A stretch of 64,000 nucleotides of DNA, from the NCBI RefSeq assembly GCF_036321535.1, contig NC_087436.1, positions 116,438,001 through 116,502,000 on the forward strand, read 5' to 3'. The stretch comes from Camelus dromedarius. Lineage: Eukaryota. Every line of letters begins with the position of its first letter. Within the stretch, counting starts at the first letter, position 1. Shown here one piece after another: positions 12,540 through 24,440 of the stretch. A program made the position numbers and the translations under genes. Under the pieces are notes generated by a model. It had not been told where the DNA came from, did no database searches, and saw nothing but the letters and a program-made list of their open reading frames with translations.

Positions 12540-12760
12540 TTCATGTGGCCTCTTGGACTGTAGCACAGGACTGTGCAACTAGTCATGGTGGCAGTGGCCA
12601 ACTCCATGAATATCCTTGCACTGGCTCTCCCTCCTTCCTTCCCTGCTTCCCTCTCCTACTTTTCTTGCCTGTCCCCTGGGACCTCATGCCCCAGTAAAGC
12701 TCTCACACTTAAACTTGTGTCTAATGCTCAGCTTTCAGGAGAACTCAGGCTGCATCAGAA
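12540..12760 (+). mobile_element. ERVL LTR16/LTR33-like 3' part
   Basis: ccttccctgcttccctctc...cccagtaaagctctcacacttaaacttgtgtctaatgctcagctttcaggagaactcaggct. Confidence 0.65.
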
Positions 12761-12800
12761 TTCCAATTCAAGCTCACAATCCATGTCCTTTCCAATATTC

Positions 12801-13000
12801 TAGTGGTTCCCAAGCTTGGCTCCTTTTCAGATCCCTGGAGACATTTAAATCATACAGATTCTTGGAACGTCCCTCCAGACCTAGTGATTTGCATATTCAG
12901 AGGAGTGCTAAAAATATGCACTTTCCTTTTTTTTTTTTCTGTTTCATGTTTTGTTTAATTTCCCCATAAACTCCAGAGACAATTCTTATAAAGAGCCAAG
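12801..13000. mobile_element. hAT-Charlie MITE (MER5-like)
   Basis: agtggttcccaagcttggc...cagatccctggagacatttaaatcatacagattcttgg...ccctccagacct...aatatgcactttc. Confidence 0.6.
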
Positions 13001-13379
13001 GCTCCTCACTCAGGAGCTGACTGGGCTCCCCAGGTCAAAAGCAAGGTGACTTACCCTTTGCTATGTTCCTAATCCTAGCACGCTCTGGGATCGTAGCAGA
13101 CAGACACACACGCAAATATTTGTTGACTTGAATTAACTTAAGTGATGTCTTTATAGAAGAATCTGAACTTTCCCTTTTATTAGAGAACAGCTTACTTAGA
13201 AAAGTCAGACACTCCACCCTCCAAAACCTTGGTCCCCAGACCTGAAGCACTTTCTAGGATGCTAATTATTAATCAAGGCTTTATTCTCCCCTCAAAATTA
13301 GGGGGTCCATGAGAAGAGACCCAAGAGTGGGGAGGATAAGACATCATGTATTAGATGCCTTTTAGTAGCTTAAAAGTGT

Positions 13380-13575
13380 CATAGTGTATCTCAAAGAGCA
13401 TGAGCCTGGGAATTAAAAACTTACTTTGGATTTCCAGTCTATCATGTAGCAAACTTCTCTGATTTTTAGTTTTCTTCTCTATCAAATGAGGATTGAAGTA
13501 TCTCATCAAGTTATTATAAGAATGACATAAGGTAGCATGCTCAAAAGTCCTTTGTGAATCATAAACCGATCTATG
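13380..13575 (+). mobile_element. MIR SINE
   Basis: aagagcatgagcctgggaatta...ttagttttcttctctatcaaatgagga...tatctcatcaagttattataagaat. Confidence 0.65.
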
Positions 13576-14469
13576 TATATAAGGAGAAGGCAAAGGAGTT
13601 AAGAGCTTGTGAAACAGGTATTCCATCTAGCCAGCCAGGTAATTTTGCTCCTTCAGAAAAACCTGGAAAATCCTAATGACATTTTTCTATCACCATGTTG
13701 CTTAATCTGGGGCAGAAGCACACATTGCATTCCTATCCCTTCTTTAGTGACTTTGAAATTAAGACACACCTTACGTTCTTGTCTGATTACTGTGCTATCT
13801 CAAAGGGTGGAATGATGGAAAATCTGCACCTGGAACGCATGTGGACCATTTAGTGATCATCTTCAGAAAAATATTTTAAAATGCTCTCCTGTGGGTTTTC
13901 CTTAAAATGATTGCAATTTTATGGAAAGCAGAGTAATTTGGGAAATAAAAATTATTTATTTGGGAATGCCAGCAGTGCAATGATTTGTATGTTAGGAAAT
14001 GGTCAGCATACAATGTATATTTCCATGGACAAACCTGTCCATCTGTCAACTATAGCAGGCACTACAATTTTATGTCAATATTCTGGTTGTCTTTCTTTCT
14101 TTCTTTAAATATACGAAAGCTAACAACTTCACCATTTTGATTCAGAAAAATACTTGTGGATTTCTTTGGTCGGTAAAACCATAAAATTTAAACAAGGGAG
14201 TTTGATTTAATATGATTCGATTCAATAAACATTTATGAAGCCGCTTTCAGGCACAAAGATCTAAGACGTAATTACTGGGAGAATCAGCACTAGAACATCA
14301 CATACAAAGAATAGTTTAAAATCTAGTTGCAGCAAACATACAACCTAACTTAACCCTGAAAACTGCCTTGAGAGTCAAACAATCTGAGTGTCATGTACAG
14401 ACATAGTGGAGAAAGAGAACTTGATGTGTAGGGTAGAGGGAATTAAAATGGATGGATTGAGAATGATAT

Positions 14470-14528
14470 CTCAAATGCTGTACTAGGCATTTAAAATGTT
14501 TAATTTTCTCAGCAAACCTGCAATATAG

Positions 14529-14611
<83 letters not shown>

Positions 14612-14735
14612 TCCATTTTGTGGAAGAGAAAATTGAGTCTCAGTGAAATGAAAGAAACTGTCCAAGGTCCTACAGCTAGAACCTAACCCCAGACTCTCTG
14701 ATTCCAGTTGTAGGTGACTTTTTATGCCACTGGAA
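14470..14735 (-). mobile_element. MIR SINE containing an (ATT)n expansion
   Basis: ctcagcaaacctgcaatataggt[att]n tccattttgtggaagagaaaattgagtctcag...tgtccaaggtcctacagctag. Confidence 0.8.
14531..14611 (+). repeat. (ATT)27 microsatellite
   Basis: Perfect trinucleotide run of 81 nt. Confidence 0.98.
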
Positions 14736-15527
14736 GTCATAAAACTGTGTAATCAGAATTAAAACAAAGACAGCTACTGAGCTCATCCAAGTGTTACTGA
14801 GAATCTGAGCTGCTTGGGAAACAAAGAAATTAGGCTCCTGCCCCAACGCTCGTCCCTCCCGCTGTGGAGAAGTGGCTGCGGGTTTTCTCTCTGTATTATT
14901 TGGCATATTAAAGCCATGCTCATTTACACCCCTGGAATCTGGCAGGGGTTCATTCATCACTCAATATCAGTTCCATCCTTTCTCTAAATAGCACAGAATC
15001 ATTTTTAATATGAAAATATTGTATAATTCATAGCACTTGGAAGGAGGTCTCACCCTTTGCAGAACAGTTTGCCTCTGACTGCTCTGTAAGGGCAGAGGGA
15101 TGGCGCGAAGGTCAAAAGCCCTCATGCCTGGTGTCCGTGGCCAAGCCCCTGAGCCTCTGTGGGCTCGTTTCCTCTGCAGCACAGTGAGGACGCAGACCGT
15201 GAAGCTGATGCCTCAGAATAGTTGCTTTGCCTCTCAGAACTACAGTTCCCACTCTGAAAGATGTAGGTGGGGACCAGGACTGAACCAGCTCACTGAAATA
15301 TCACCCCAAGGTAAAACAGAAAGAGCGCTGATAGAGAAAGTGGAGGGAGTGGACAAAAGGACATGGGGACCCTCAACACTTCATGTCAGCGGACTTAACA
15401 ACTTGACCCAGCTTTCTCCTTCACACCAATCTGTTCTAAAAAGTACAGGATCCAGGGCTGAGGCTAGAACTAGGTTCCAGGAATCAGGGCAGCAGGAATC
15501 TGCAAGGTTTCAGCTCAGTAATAACAC

Positions 15528-15913
15528 TGTACTGGTTTGCTGAGGTTGTCACAACAAAGAACCACAGACTGGGTGGTTTAAACTACGGAAGTGCATTTCC
15601 TCACAGTTCTGAAAGCTAGAGTTCCGAGATCAAGCAGTCGTGCGGGGTTGGTTTCTCCTGAGGCCCGTCTCCTTGGTTTGTAGGGGACTACCTTCTCCCA
15701 GTGTCCTCGCTATGTGTGTGCCTGTGTCCATATCTCCTCTTCTTATAAGGGCACCAGTCATATTGAACTAGGGCTCACCTTAATGACTTCCTTCCTTTTA
15801 GCACAATTACCTCTTCAAAGATTTTATTTCCAAATATAGTCATATTCTAAGGTGCTGAGGGTAAAACTTCAACATCTGATGTGGGGGTGGTGTGCACAGG
15901 TCAGCCCATCACA
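15528..15913 (-). mobile_element. MaLR LTR (MLT1A0/B/C-like)
   Basis: TG...CA ends; accacagactgggtggtttaaac...tcacagttctg...tcttcttataagggcaccagtcatattg...tcagcccatcaca. Confidence 0.85.
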
Positions 15914-16050
15914 GGTACTTTGCTGTGTGACCTCAGAGGCTTAATTTGCTGTATCTTCATTTCCTCATCTGTAAAACGGTAGCAATGATGCTCGGATTAA
16001 AGATATATCTTGAAGATTAGAAATAATGTATTTGAAATACCTAAACAGTA
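15914..16050 (+). mobile_element. MIR SINE (3' part)
   Basis: gctgtgtgacctc...atttcctcatctgtaaaacgg. Confidence 0.7.
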
Positions 16051-17596
16051 ACTTCTATTACTCATATTAGGCTAACCGATGAAAGAATGTGCAGGTTCAG
16101 TGGCTTATCATATTAAAAGTTTATGTCATATTCGTTTTCCACATTAGTGGGCTCTTCTTCATCAGTGACTCTGGAATGGAGCCTCTTTCCTCATCTTGCA
16201 ACAACTCCGCCTTCAAGCAGAAGCCTCTAGGACTGCCCCGGAAGTGGATCGGACTGTGAGAATGCACCACGAAGCACCCCTCATGGCAGTTCACCTTCCA
16301 ACCAGCCCAAACTAGTCCTGTGACCCATGTTGGGTCAAAGGGTCCAGAAAGGATGCCTTTTGACCAGGAATCCTTTTTCCAGCAATGATTCTGCATTGTG
16401 GGAAAGGAAAATGGACATGTGATAGTGGATATTTCTCGCCATCAGTCGGAGTCATCGCAGGCAACAACAATGGTACAGAGTGTGGCATGTGTAATTAACC
16501 ACTCAGTTAATAAACAATTTACAAAGTGATGTGCAGCTTCTAAGGAAAGTGCAAGGTCATGGGCAGTGGGAAGGGGTGTTGACACTCCAAGGCTTGAAGG
16601 AGCCAGAGGAGGGAGTAGATACCAGGACCCAGATGGAGAGGCAGCTGTGCGAAGGGGTCTGCATGATAAGAATAGTAGTTCCTGGTCAGGAGAGTGACCA
16701 CACAGGAAGGAAGCCAAGTGAAAAACACCCAACCTAGTCCTTGGCTCCATCCAGCCTTGATCCTCACTGCCTTTTGACTGGGCTGCCCAGAAGCTGGAGA
16801 GCAAGGAGGCTCGGGGATGTGGTACATGCAAGGTGACCTCAGGGCCCTCAGAAGATGGACAAGTGTGGCGAGAAAGTGGAGGGAGAAATAGAAGAAATAC
16901 AGCACATCACAAGTGCTATATTCCTCGACAGAAAGTAAAGTCAGACTGGAGGTCTTTGGAGGTCTCCTGAGGTGGCTGCATTACTACTTTTTAGCTCCGT
17001 ATACTCTCTAAAAGAAATAGAGGCAAACAGGTGAGCAAAAGTGTTGTGGAATAAAGCCCACCAGCCAAGGAACTGGCAGCAAATATGTGTTGACTGATGC
17101 ATGAATTAAGAGGCTCCAGGGGGTAGGATCTTCCTCACTGCTCACAAAATATTGCAGGTCAAGCATCATTACCTCCACTTCAAAAGAGCAGTAATTCCTG
17201 TTCCCTGTCCCTCAGGCCCTACCTGATCCGTTAGTGCTCCAGCATCAAAAATGCCTCCCATGCAATAAAAATGCTCAAGCCCCAGTGAGAGCAAGGAAAA
17301 GAAACCCTGCAAATCTGTAGAACCCCAAAATTCCCAACGCCTGCAATCAAAAAAGTTCAACAAAATTTATAACAAGATAAATTGCATACTTTCAAGTGGA
17401 GTGGATTATGAACCACAAACATCCGTTACATAAGTCTCTTCTCACCTTGTGAGTCCTTTTTTTTTTTTTTTTTTTCAAATAAAGAGACAGAGGACATAAG
17501 AAGTTGAATCACTCTTTCTGGGGTTTCTGAGCTATTTGGTGACAAAGCCAGAGAACTGATGCAATTATCTTGTTTTATTCTCTACACTCTCAACCC

Positions 17597-17597
<1 letters not shown>

Positions 17598-17640
<43 letters not shown>
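17598..17640 (+). repeat. (CA)n microsatellite (~21 units)
   Basis: Seen directly. Confidence 0.97.
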
Positions 17641-17641
<1 letters not shown>

Positions 17642-17965
17642 GCATAACTTCTTGCTTCCTACCAAAGCCACATCCACCTGAAAACAAAAAGGGAAAGGAG
17701 ACCAAGGGGCTGTTGAGCTCCTCTCTGTTCTAGGGTGAGAAGTAGGGGGATGGGACAGATATGGAGAAGGATCTCTCTCTTTCTCTTTCTCTCTCTCCCT
17801 GTCTCCCTTCCTTTCTCCTGCTCTCCTAATCTCACAAGATGGAATCAAAGAGGTAATAAAAGGAGATTTAGATAAAGAAGAAAACAGCACAAAGTAAGCA
17901 GTTGTCATTTTCTGAAAATCCTGCAGTTCATGTGGGATGTTCATGTGCACTGAAAGTCATCCTAA

Positions 17966-18164
17966 GGGGGAGGGTATAGCTCAGTGGCAGAGCACATGCT
18001 TAGCATGCACGAGGCCATGGGTTCCATCCCCAGTACCTGCATTAAATAAAAATAACAACAATAAGTAAATAAATAAACCAAATGACCTCCTCCTCCCCCC
18101 AAAACAAGCAAAAACAGAAACAATTTTTAGAAAACAAAATAAATAAATAAACAAACAAACAAAT
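17966..18164 (+). mobile_element. Vic-1-type camelid tRNA-derived SINE (long-tail form)
   Basis: ggggagggtatagctcagtggcagagc (A box)...gggttccatccccagtacc (B box); A-rich tail; TSD aaagtcatc at 17953-17961 and 18165-18173. Confidence 0.9.
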
Positions 18165-18197
18165 AAAGTCATCTCAGTTGATCTGCTCTCAGATATG

Positions 18198-18205
18198 TGA
18201 CGTCA
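18198..18205. promoter_or_regulatory. Full CRE palindrome TGACGTCA
   Basis: gtgacgtcac; motif match only. Confidence 0.3.
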
Positions 18206-19338
18206 CTGAGTCCATCTTAAAGATGAAGAACCAACAGTTTAGAAAATTTAAGTAGCTTATTCACAGCCCTCTAGGAGGAACACGCCACAGACTTTGAGAT
18301 TGGATTGAGTTTCTGGTGGCTGATTCAGCTCCTCTTTTCACTGCACAACAATAGCGCCCTAACCTCACACGAATCAGCTCCCAATGAGAAAGGAATGAAG
18401 AAGATTCAGCTGTTGGAAGAGCAAACAAAGGGACCTCATCTAAAAATATGCTTCCTTAAAATCCAAATTGTCATTTCTTTGAATGAGGAATCGGCCTAAC
18501 AAAAATATATATGGACACTTTTGCTACTATTGCAGGGAGAAGAAATGGTAATAATTAAGATGTCATGAATCAAACTTGACAGGAATGGTGACAAGAGTTA
18601 CTTTTAGCTGCAAATGAAGAACCCATGTAATTAGAAGTAAAGTAAGCTTGATAAAGGTTACACCAACCTCATCTGTAGAAGAGGCTCTGGTATTTAAGAA
18701 AAGCAATTAGTAAATGAGCAAGCATGCTAATAAGGCAAATATTTATTTTTAGGAGAACCTGGAATTGGTACACTTCAAAGTCAAAAGGATCAGCCGTTGA
18801 AGATGGAATAACACTGTGGACAAACATACCCAAGGAAGCAGCTATTTCTTCAACCAGTTTCTAAAATCTAGATAATAATGTTTTACAAACAGGTTCAAGC
18901 ACAAAGAAAAATATAATAATTATGATGACAGTGTCGCTAATATCTGCATCCTTCTTCAAAATGCACAAAGCGCTTTCACAGAAGGAAGACCCTTATGTGA
19001 TCTCTTTTCTTCCTTCCTCATCCCTTCCCTCCTGCCTGCCTGTCTTCCCCACTCCCACTTTCTTACTAATCAGCGAATGTTTATTTGCACTTTATGACAA
19101 GCACTCTCAAAGAGCAGGACAGGTGAGGTATTTACCTTCACAGAGCTGATGTCCTAATTTAGGTAGATGGACTTTGTATGAAAAATTAAACAATTTTTTT
19201 CAGAAATTTGATAAGGAAGGAAAGAATCAGGTGAAATGATCCACAGTGATGAGTCCCCGTGATCTCAGGCAACATTCGGGAAAGACCTCTTTAAGGAGAT
19301 CACACTGGAGCTCAGAGAGCCTGTTGTGGGGGCATGGG

Positions 19339-20130
19339 TGTATCTGTGTCCAGGGCTGCTGTAGACAGCACCACAAACGTGCTGGCTTAAACAACAGGCA
19401 CTCAGTGTCTCACAGCTCTTGAGATCAGAAGTGCGAATCGAGGTATTGGCAAGTGTCGTGGATGTCTGCATCGCCCAGAAGTCATATGTTGGAATCCTAA
19501 ACCCTAGTGAGATGGCATTTGGAGGAGAGGCCTTTGGGAGGTAATTAGGTTATAAGCATGGAGCCCCCATGGACGGGATTAGTGCTGTTATAAAAGGAAC
19601 ATCAGAAAGTTATCTTGCTCTCTTCCACCATGTGAGGGGAGAGAGAGAAGTCAGAAGCCTGCAAACTGAGAGAGGATTCTCACCAGAACCTGGTCATGCT
19701 GGCACCCTGAGCTTGGACATCCAGGTCTGTGGGAAATTTATTTCTCATGTTTGTAAGCCACCTGGTCTAGGGTACTTTGTTACAGCATCCCAAACTTGCA
19801 AAGACAGCAGGGTTGGTTCCTTCCGGGAGCTGTGAGGGAGTCTGTTCCATGCCCTTCTCCTAGCTTCTGGGAGCCTCAAGTGTTCCTGGGTTTGTATATA
19901 GCCATCTTTCTCCTGTCTTTACATTCTCTGCCTTCTGTATGTGCCTGTCTCTTTGCCCAGATTTCCCCTTTTTATAAGAACATCAGTCATGTTGGATTAA
20001 CGTCCTCCAACCTAATGACCTCATCTTTACTTGCTCAACTGCAAAGACCCTATTTCTCAATAAGATCACATCACAGGTACCAGGGGTTAGGATTTCAACA
20101 TCCCTTGGTAGGAGATAAATTAACCTATAA
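19339..20130 (-). mobile_element. MaLR LTR (MLT1B/C-like), split by a nested MLT1A
   Basis: cagggctgctgtagacagcaccacaaac...ggcttaaacaaca...; resumes ggttggttccttcc...cccttttataagaacatcagtcatgttgga...gttaggatttcaaca. Confidence 0.85.
19454..19806 (+). mobile_element. MLT1A-like solo LTR nested in opposite orientation
   Basis: TG...CA ends; 5-bp TSD gcaag (19449-19453) / gcagg (19807-19811); ggcctttgggaggtaattagg...ctcaccagaacctggtcatgctggcaccctga. Confidence 0.88.
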
Positions 20131-20719
20131 GAATGGGAATAGTTATTGTTGAAGAAGAAGAAATGTCAAGGGCAGAGTGCCTGTACACAGACATGCAGCT
20201 CTTTCAAACAATAATTTGTACAATATTCATTCAAGTGTGTGTGTGCTTTATAAACAAGTCTAAAAATGGCAAGGAAGATTGGCAGCTTGAATTCAGAGAC
20301 CTTGCTTCAAGACCACTTACTTTATGACTGTGGACAAGTCTCTCTGCCACTCTGAAATTTCTCCTCGCTTTCCAGAAAAGAAAATTAATAACTTCTCCCT
20401 CTTAGTGATTGGAAGTGTTAATGCATTCCAGAGTGCTTGTTAAACTGTTCAGTGCTATAAAATGTTAAAGAATATAATTTTTTAAAACTCTATATGGACA
20501 GAAATGAATTCCAAGCCTGTCAAACAATGAGGTTATACCAGAGGGAGGATAATAGAGTTCGTTTTACATAAATTCTGTTACAGAACTCAACTCTACTACA
20601 TACAGAGTCATCCCAGAAGGCAAAGAAATGCTTGTCTTCTGGGCACTCAGTTTGCTTGTTGTTTAGTTGTTGTTGTTGTTGTTGTTTATAATTTGGGGTC
20701 TCCAAGCCTGGTTAGGGAT

Positions 20720-20890
20720 CCAGCATGATAGAACACTAAGAACTTGGACTCTGGAGCTGAATGACCAGGCTCTGAATCCTGACTCCATCACTTACTCACT
20801 GAGTGACCCTGGGTGAGAGAGATAATAGTGCTACCTACCTCATGGGGTTGTTAGGTGAGTTAAATTAATGATGCAAGGCACATAGAACAA
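20720..20890 (+). mobile_element. MIR SINE (internally deleted)
   Basis: taagaacttggactctggagc...tgaatcctgactccatcacttactcactgagtgaccctggg...tacctacctcatggggttgt. Confidence 0.75.
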
Positions 20891-21239
20891 TAAATTTACA
20901 GGGAAAGAAGAACAGAGATTGAAGAGCTGGTTGGTCTTATCACCATCGTATACCCAAAGCTGCTGAGACTCAAACAGCCCTGATATGTGCTCACAGGTAC
21001 ACACTTAGCCATTGCAAGGGCTGAATTATTCAAAGCCAATCCTCTTAAAGTCTGTGCTCTCAAGCAACACCCCCCAAGCAGGAGGACTTGGCATTGTCCC
21101 ATGACCTGGGGAGTTCTTCCGGATGTCTTCATGAAGTGCTTCCTCTCCCAGGTGTGAATTCTCTAAAATGTTTTGTTAGGACGGACATTCCAACTTTTTG
21201 TTTGTTGGCGATTATAGAGCCAGGATGCTCAGTAAGTAT

Positions 21240-21555
21240 CCACCAGACACAGATGGACCCTGAGCACTTGAATGTGGTTGAACTGAGATGCATGGTTACA
21301 GATGGACTGTAAGTATAAAATGCACACCTGAGTTTGAAGATCTAGTAAGAAAAAATAATGCAAAATATCTCACAATTTTTATATTGATTACATGATGAAG
21401 TGATAATATTTTGAATATATCTGATAACGTAAAAGATAGTTTTAAATTAACTTCACCTACTTCTTTATAGATGTTTATGCATCTACTGGAAAGTTTCAAA
21501 TGACATCTATGGCTCAGGTTTGTAGCTGGCATTGTACTCCTACTGGACAGCACTG
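21240..21555. mobile_element. hAT-Charlie MITE (MER33/MER3-like)
   Basis: tgagcacttgaatgtgg...ctgtaagtataaaatgcacacc...tttatattgattacatg...ctactggacagcactg. Confidence 0.8.
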
Positions 21556-22119
21556 TTACAGGACAACTGTCTTTATTCGCATTTCTCCACCATTCAAAGA
21601 ATGTGACCTCACATACTCAAGCACAAACTCTTTCCCAAGTGTCCCACTCTATCCTGCTCCCCTTCTGCGCTCTAGAAAGCTACACCAGTCATGTGTCATC
21701 AACCACTTGTCCAGCATAAGCCATGTCATAGAACATACTTCTCTGCTTTTCTCTCACACTGTTTCTGTAGCTTTATTAATTTCAGTTTCCTTCACTCGTG
21801 GAAACCTTACATGCCCTTTAAAATCACGTGGAAGGCTTCCCCCTCCATGAAGCTCTCTGCTGGTTTCTCCAGTTTAATCTTCTACAACCAAAGCACTCTT
21901 CATTCTTCTCTTATCACAAACCTTTTTAACATCTTGCCTCCTGTCTCAGTTACCCGTTACCACACATGCCCTGCAACTTCAGTATTACAGGCTGACTTGA
22001 ACATAGGCGGCATTTATCCAGCAAGTGCTTGTTGAGCACTGAATGAGTCACAGGCACTAAGTTAGCTCCAGGATTGCATTCAATACATTGAAAAGTGAAT
22101 AAACTTATTTTCTATTATT

Positions 22120-22580
22120 CTGTCTCTCATTCTCTTTGGTGTAAAGATGAGCTTAGAAGTACAAGAGACTTGTTGGGAGAAATGCCGTGAAAAATAAAGA
22201 GGAAGCGACAAGAGTAGGTAGGGAGAGCCGCAGACCTCAGTGCTGATCTGATAGCTGTGAAAGGAGAGAGGGGCGGAAGGACTGGAGACAAAGAACCTCA
22301 GATTACACCGAAATAGGAGAAAGTCTCAGCCGGGCCAGTAAGCTGTCTCTAAGTCAGAGTAACCCTTTGGAAGAATTCCCATCATGGGGTGGGAATGGGC
22401 CTGCTCTGGTAACCCTGCCACACTCAGTTGTTGGCCACGAGCGGCCCAAGGGAAGTGTGGCCTTGATATTCTTGCGTCCACCTGGGGTGGATGTAAAGCT
22501 GCAGCATCTTGGGCTGAAGGTCATTTATGCTTCCTGTAGTAATTCTGCGAAAGGGATTCCAAGCAGGGCAGCTCCATAAC
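22120..22580 (-). mobile_element. ERVL LTR16-like LTR
   Basis: gtacaagagacttgttgggagaaatgccgtgaa...gtagggagagccgcagacc...tgctgatctgatagctgtgaaaggagagaggg. Confidence 0.65.
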
Positions 22581-23652
22581 CCCTACCCCCCACCATGATA
22601 TATAGTCCACTTCTTTTCATAAAAGATTTCAGGTGCGCTAAAATATGGCCTATGACATATGTACAGTATGTTACTGAGGTTAACTCCAGGCTTGGGGTCA
22701 TGACAGACATGAGTTCCAATTTCCAACATTTCTTCTATGGGTTGCATGATTTTGAAGAAGGAAACTTGTTTCTCTAAAACAGCTTGTTGACTGTTGTTTG
22801 TATAATCAACCACTTCATTGAGTTGTTATATAAAATAATAAAATGCGTATAAATCATGGAGCCCAAAACATAATGTGTTTTATTACTATTGGTAGTAACA
22901 GTTGTTACCGCTGGTGGTGGTGTCATTGTTGTGTGGTTGTCAATACCCCGAAATAACAAAGTGTAAGTAAACAAAATCCATCGGAGAGAATGGGAATAAT
23001 TTCAAATACACTAAAGATATGGGTAAGCTTAACGCTTCCCAGTAGCCCTGCTTGAAAGGGAGATATAAGCTGTTATTTGGTTCTGAATTTCCTAAAAGGA
23101 AACATGACTTTCCACATTGAAAACAAAGTGTTTCTTTGTACTAAAATCTACTTGAAATTTTTCACAGGGGAGTTTTAGGGAACAGAGTCTTATTCAGCTT
23201 GCATTTCCCTTGGACCAGGCTGATGCATCCCCCAGAGTCTGTGCTCGGGGAGGCTGGTTAAGCTAATCTGAGAAATACGAATGCAGTTCAGTTCAAGTAT
23301 CAGTACTAATACTGTTTTGGACAAAAAAAAGCAACTTCTTAAAACAGTTCAGATTTGTACCCACAGTACCATGAACTCTCTAGAGGCTTTCTAAAGATCT
23401 TCTGGAGATTACTAAGGACCACAGCAGAGGCAAGAGGAAGGGATGTAAAGATGCCAGCCCATGTAGATCTGAGTTCTCATCCCAGTTCTCTGATGTTTTC
23501 CTCTTGGCAGATTGGTGGGAATGTGGATGGCTTCTCTGAGTCTCAGGTTCCCCATAAGGAGAATGTAGATAATTATACCTTGGCAGAAGTGTTGAAGGTT
23601 TTAAGCAGTTACAGACTTTTTTTTTTCTAGAAAATAGAAGAATATAGCAAAA

Positions 23653-24440
23653 GTGTCTTAGTTTGGGTTCCCTCAGAAGAATTGACAGACAGAAATTTGA
23701 GGGCAAGAAGTAAATTTGGGAAATAAAGCAAGAAATAGAGGCAAGAGGGTGTCATGGATTGAACTGTCTCCTGCCCCCAAATGCAAATGTTACAGCCCTG
23801 ACTCTCAGTCCCTCAGATGTGACTATATTTAAAGATAGTTTTTAAAGAGGTAGTTAAGGTAAAATGAGATCGTTTGGGTAGATCCTAATCTGATATGACT
23901 GCAATCCTTGTAAGAAAAATAAACGGGGACACAGAAACACAGAGGGAAGGCACAGAAGACAGCCTTGTGCCAGATAGGCCGAGGCCACTGAAGAAACCAG
24001 TCCTGGGGACACCTTGCTCTCAGACTTCTGGCCTCCAGAACCTCCAGACATAAATTTTTGTTGTTTGAGCCACCTAGTCTGTGATACCTTGTTATGTCCA
24101 TCCTGGATGATGAAAATAAAGGGTGCAGATGTAGGACAGGGGAGGGAGGGAGGGAGGGCACTGAAGGTGCGTTAATGAGCTGGTGACCTGTGTGGGCCTT
24201 GGCAGCTCAGCCCGTTGAGGACCCTGGGAGACTTCAGAGAGCTCCCCTCCGAGTCATCTCACCCCCAGAGCTGGCGGAGCTGAGAGGCTCACGGCTGAGG
24301 TCTGGGGCGTTGGCATTCTGGCTTGCCCCACTTACAGGCTGAGCATCTCCTGAAGCCGGAGAGGTTCCTCAGGCCAAGACAGTAAAAATCCCTGAGAGTG
24401 GAGAACACGTGGATGGGGCATCGATGGCATCTGCTTAGCA
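23653..24440 (-). mobile_element. ERVL LTR16-like LTR, split by an MLT1 LTR
   Basis: tgtcttagtttgggttccctcagaag...atttgagggcaag...; resumes gggtgcag...gtgcgttaatgagctggtgacc. Confidence 0.7.
23750..24118 (+). mobile_element. MLT1B-like solo LTR nested in LTR16
   Basis: tgtcatggattgaactgt...gatgtgactatatttaaagatag...gacaccttgctctcagacttctggcctccagaac...ttgtttgagccacctagtctgtg. Confidence 0.85.

Noticed and set aside
14483..14740. Poly-Asn ORF
   Set aside because: Translation of (AAT)n inside a MIR
17966..18040. tRNA-like sequence with A and B boxes
   Set aside because: SINE head with A-rich tail and TSD; not a tRNA gene
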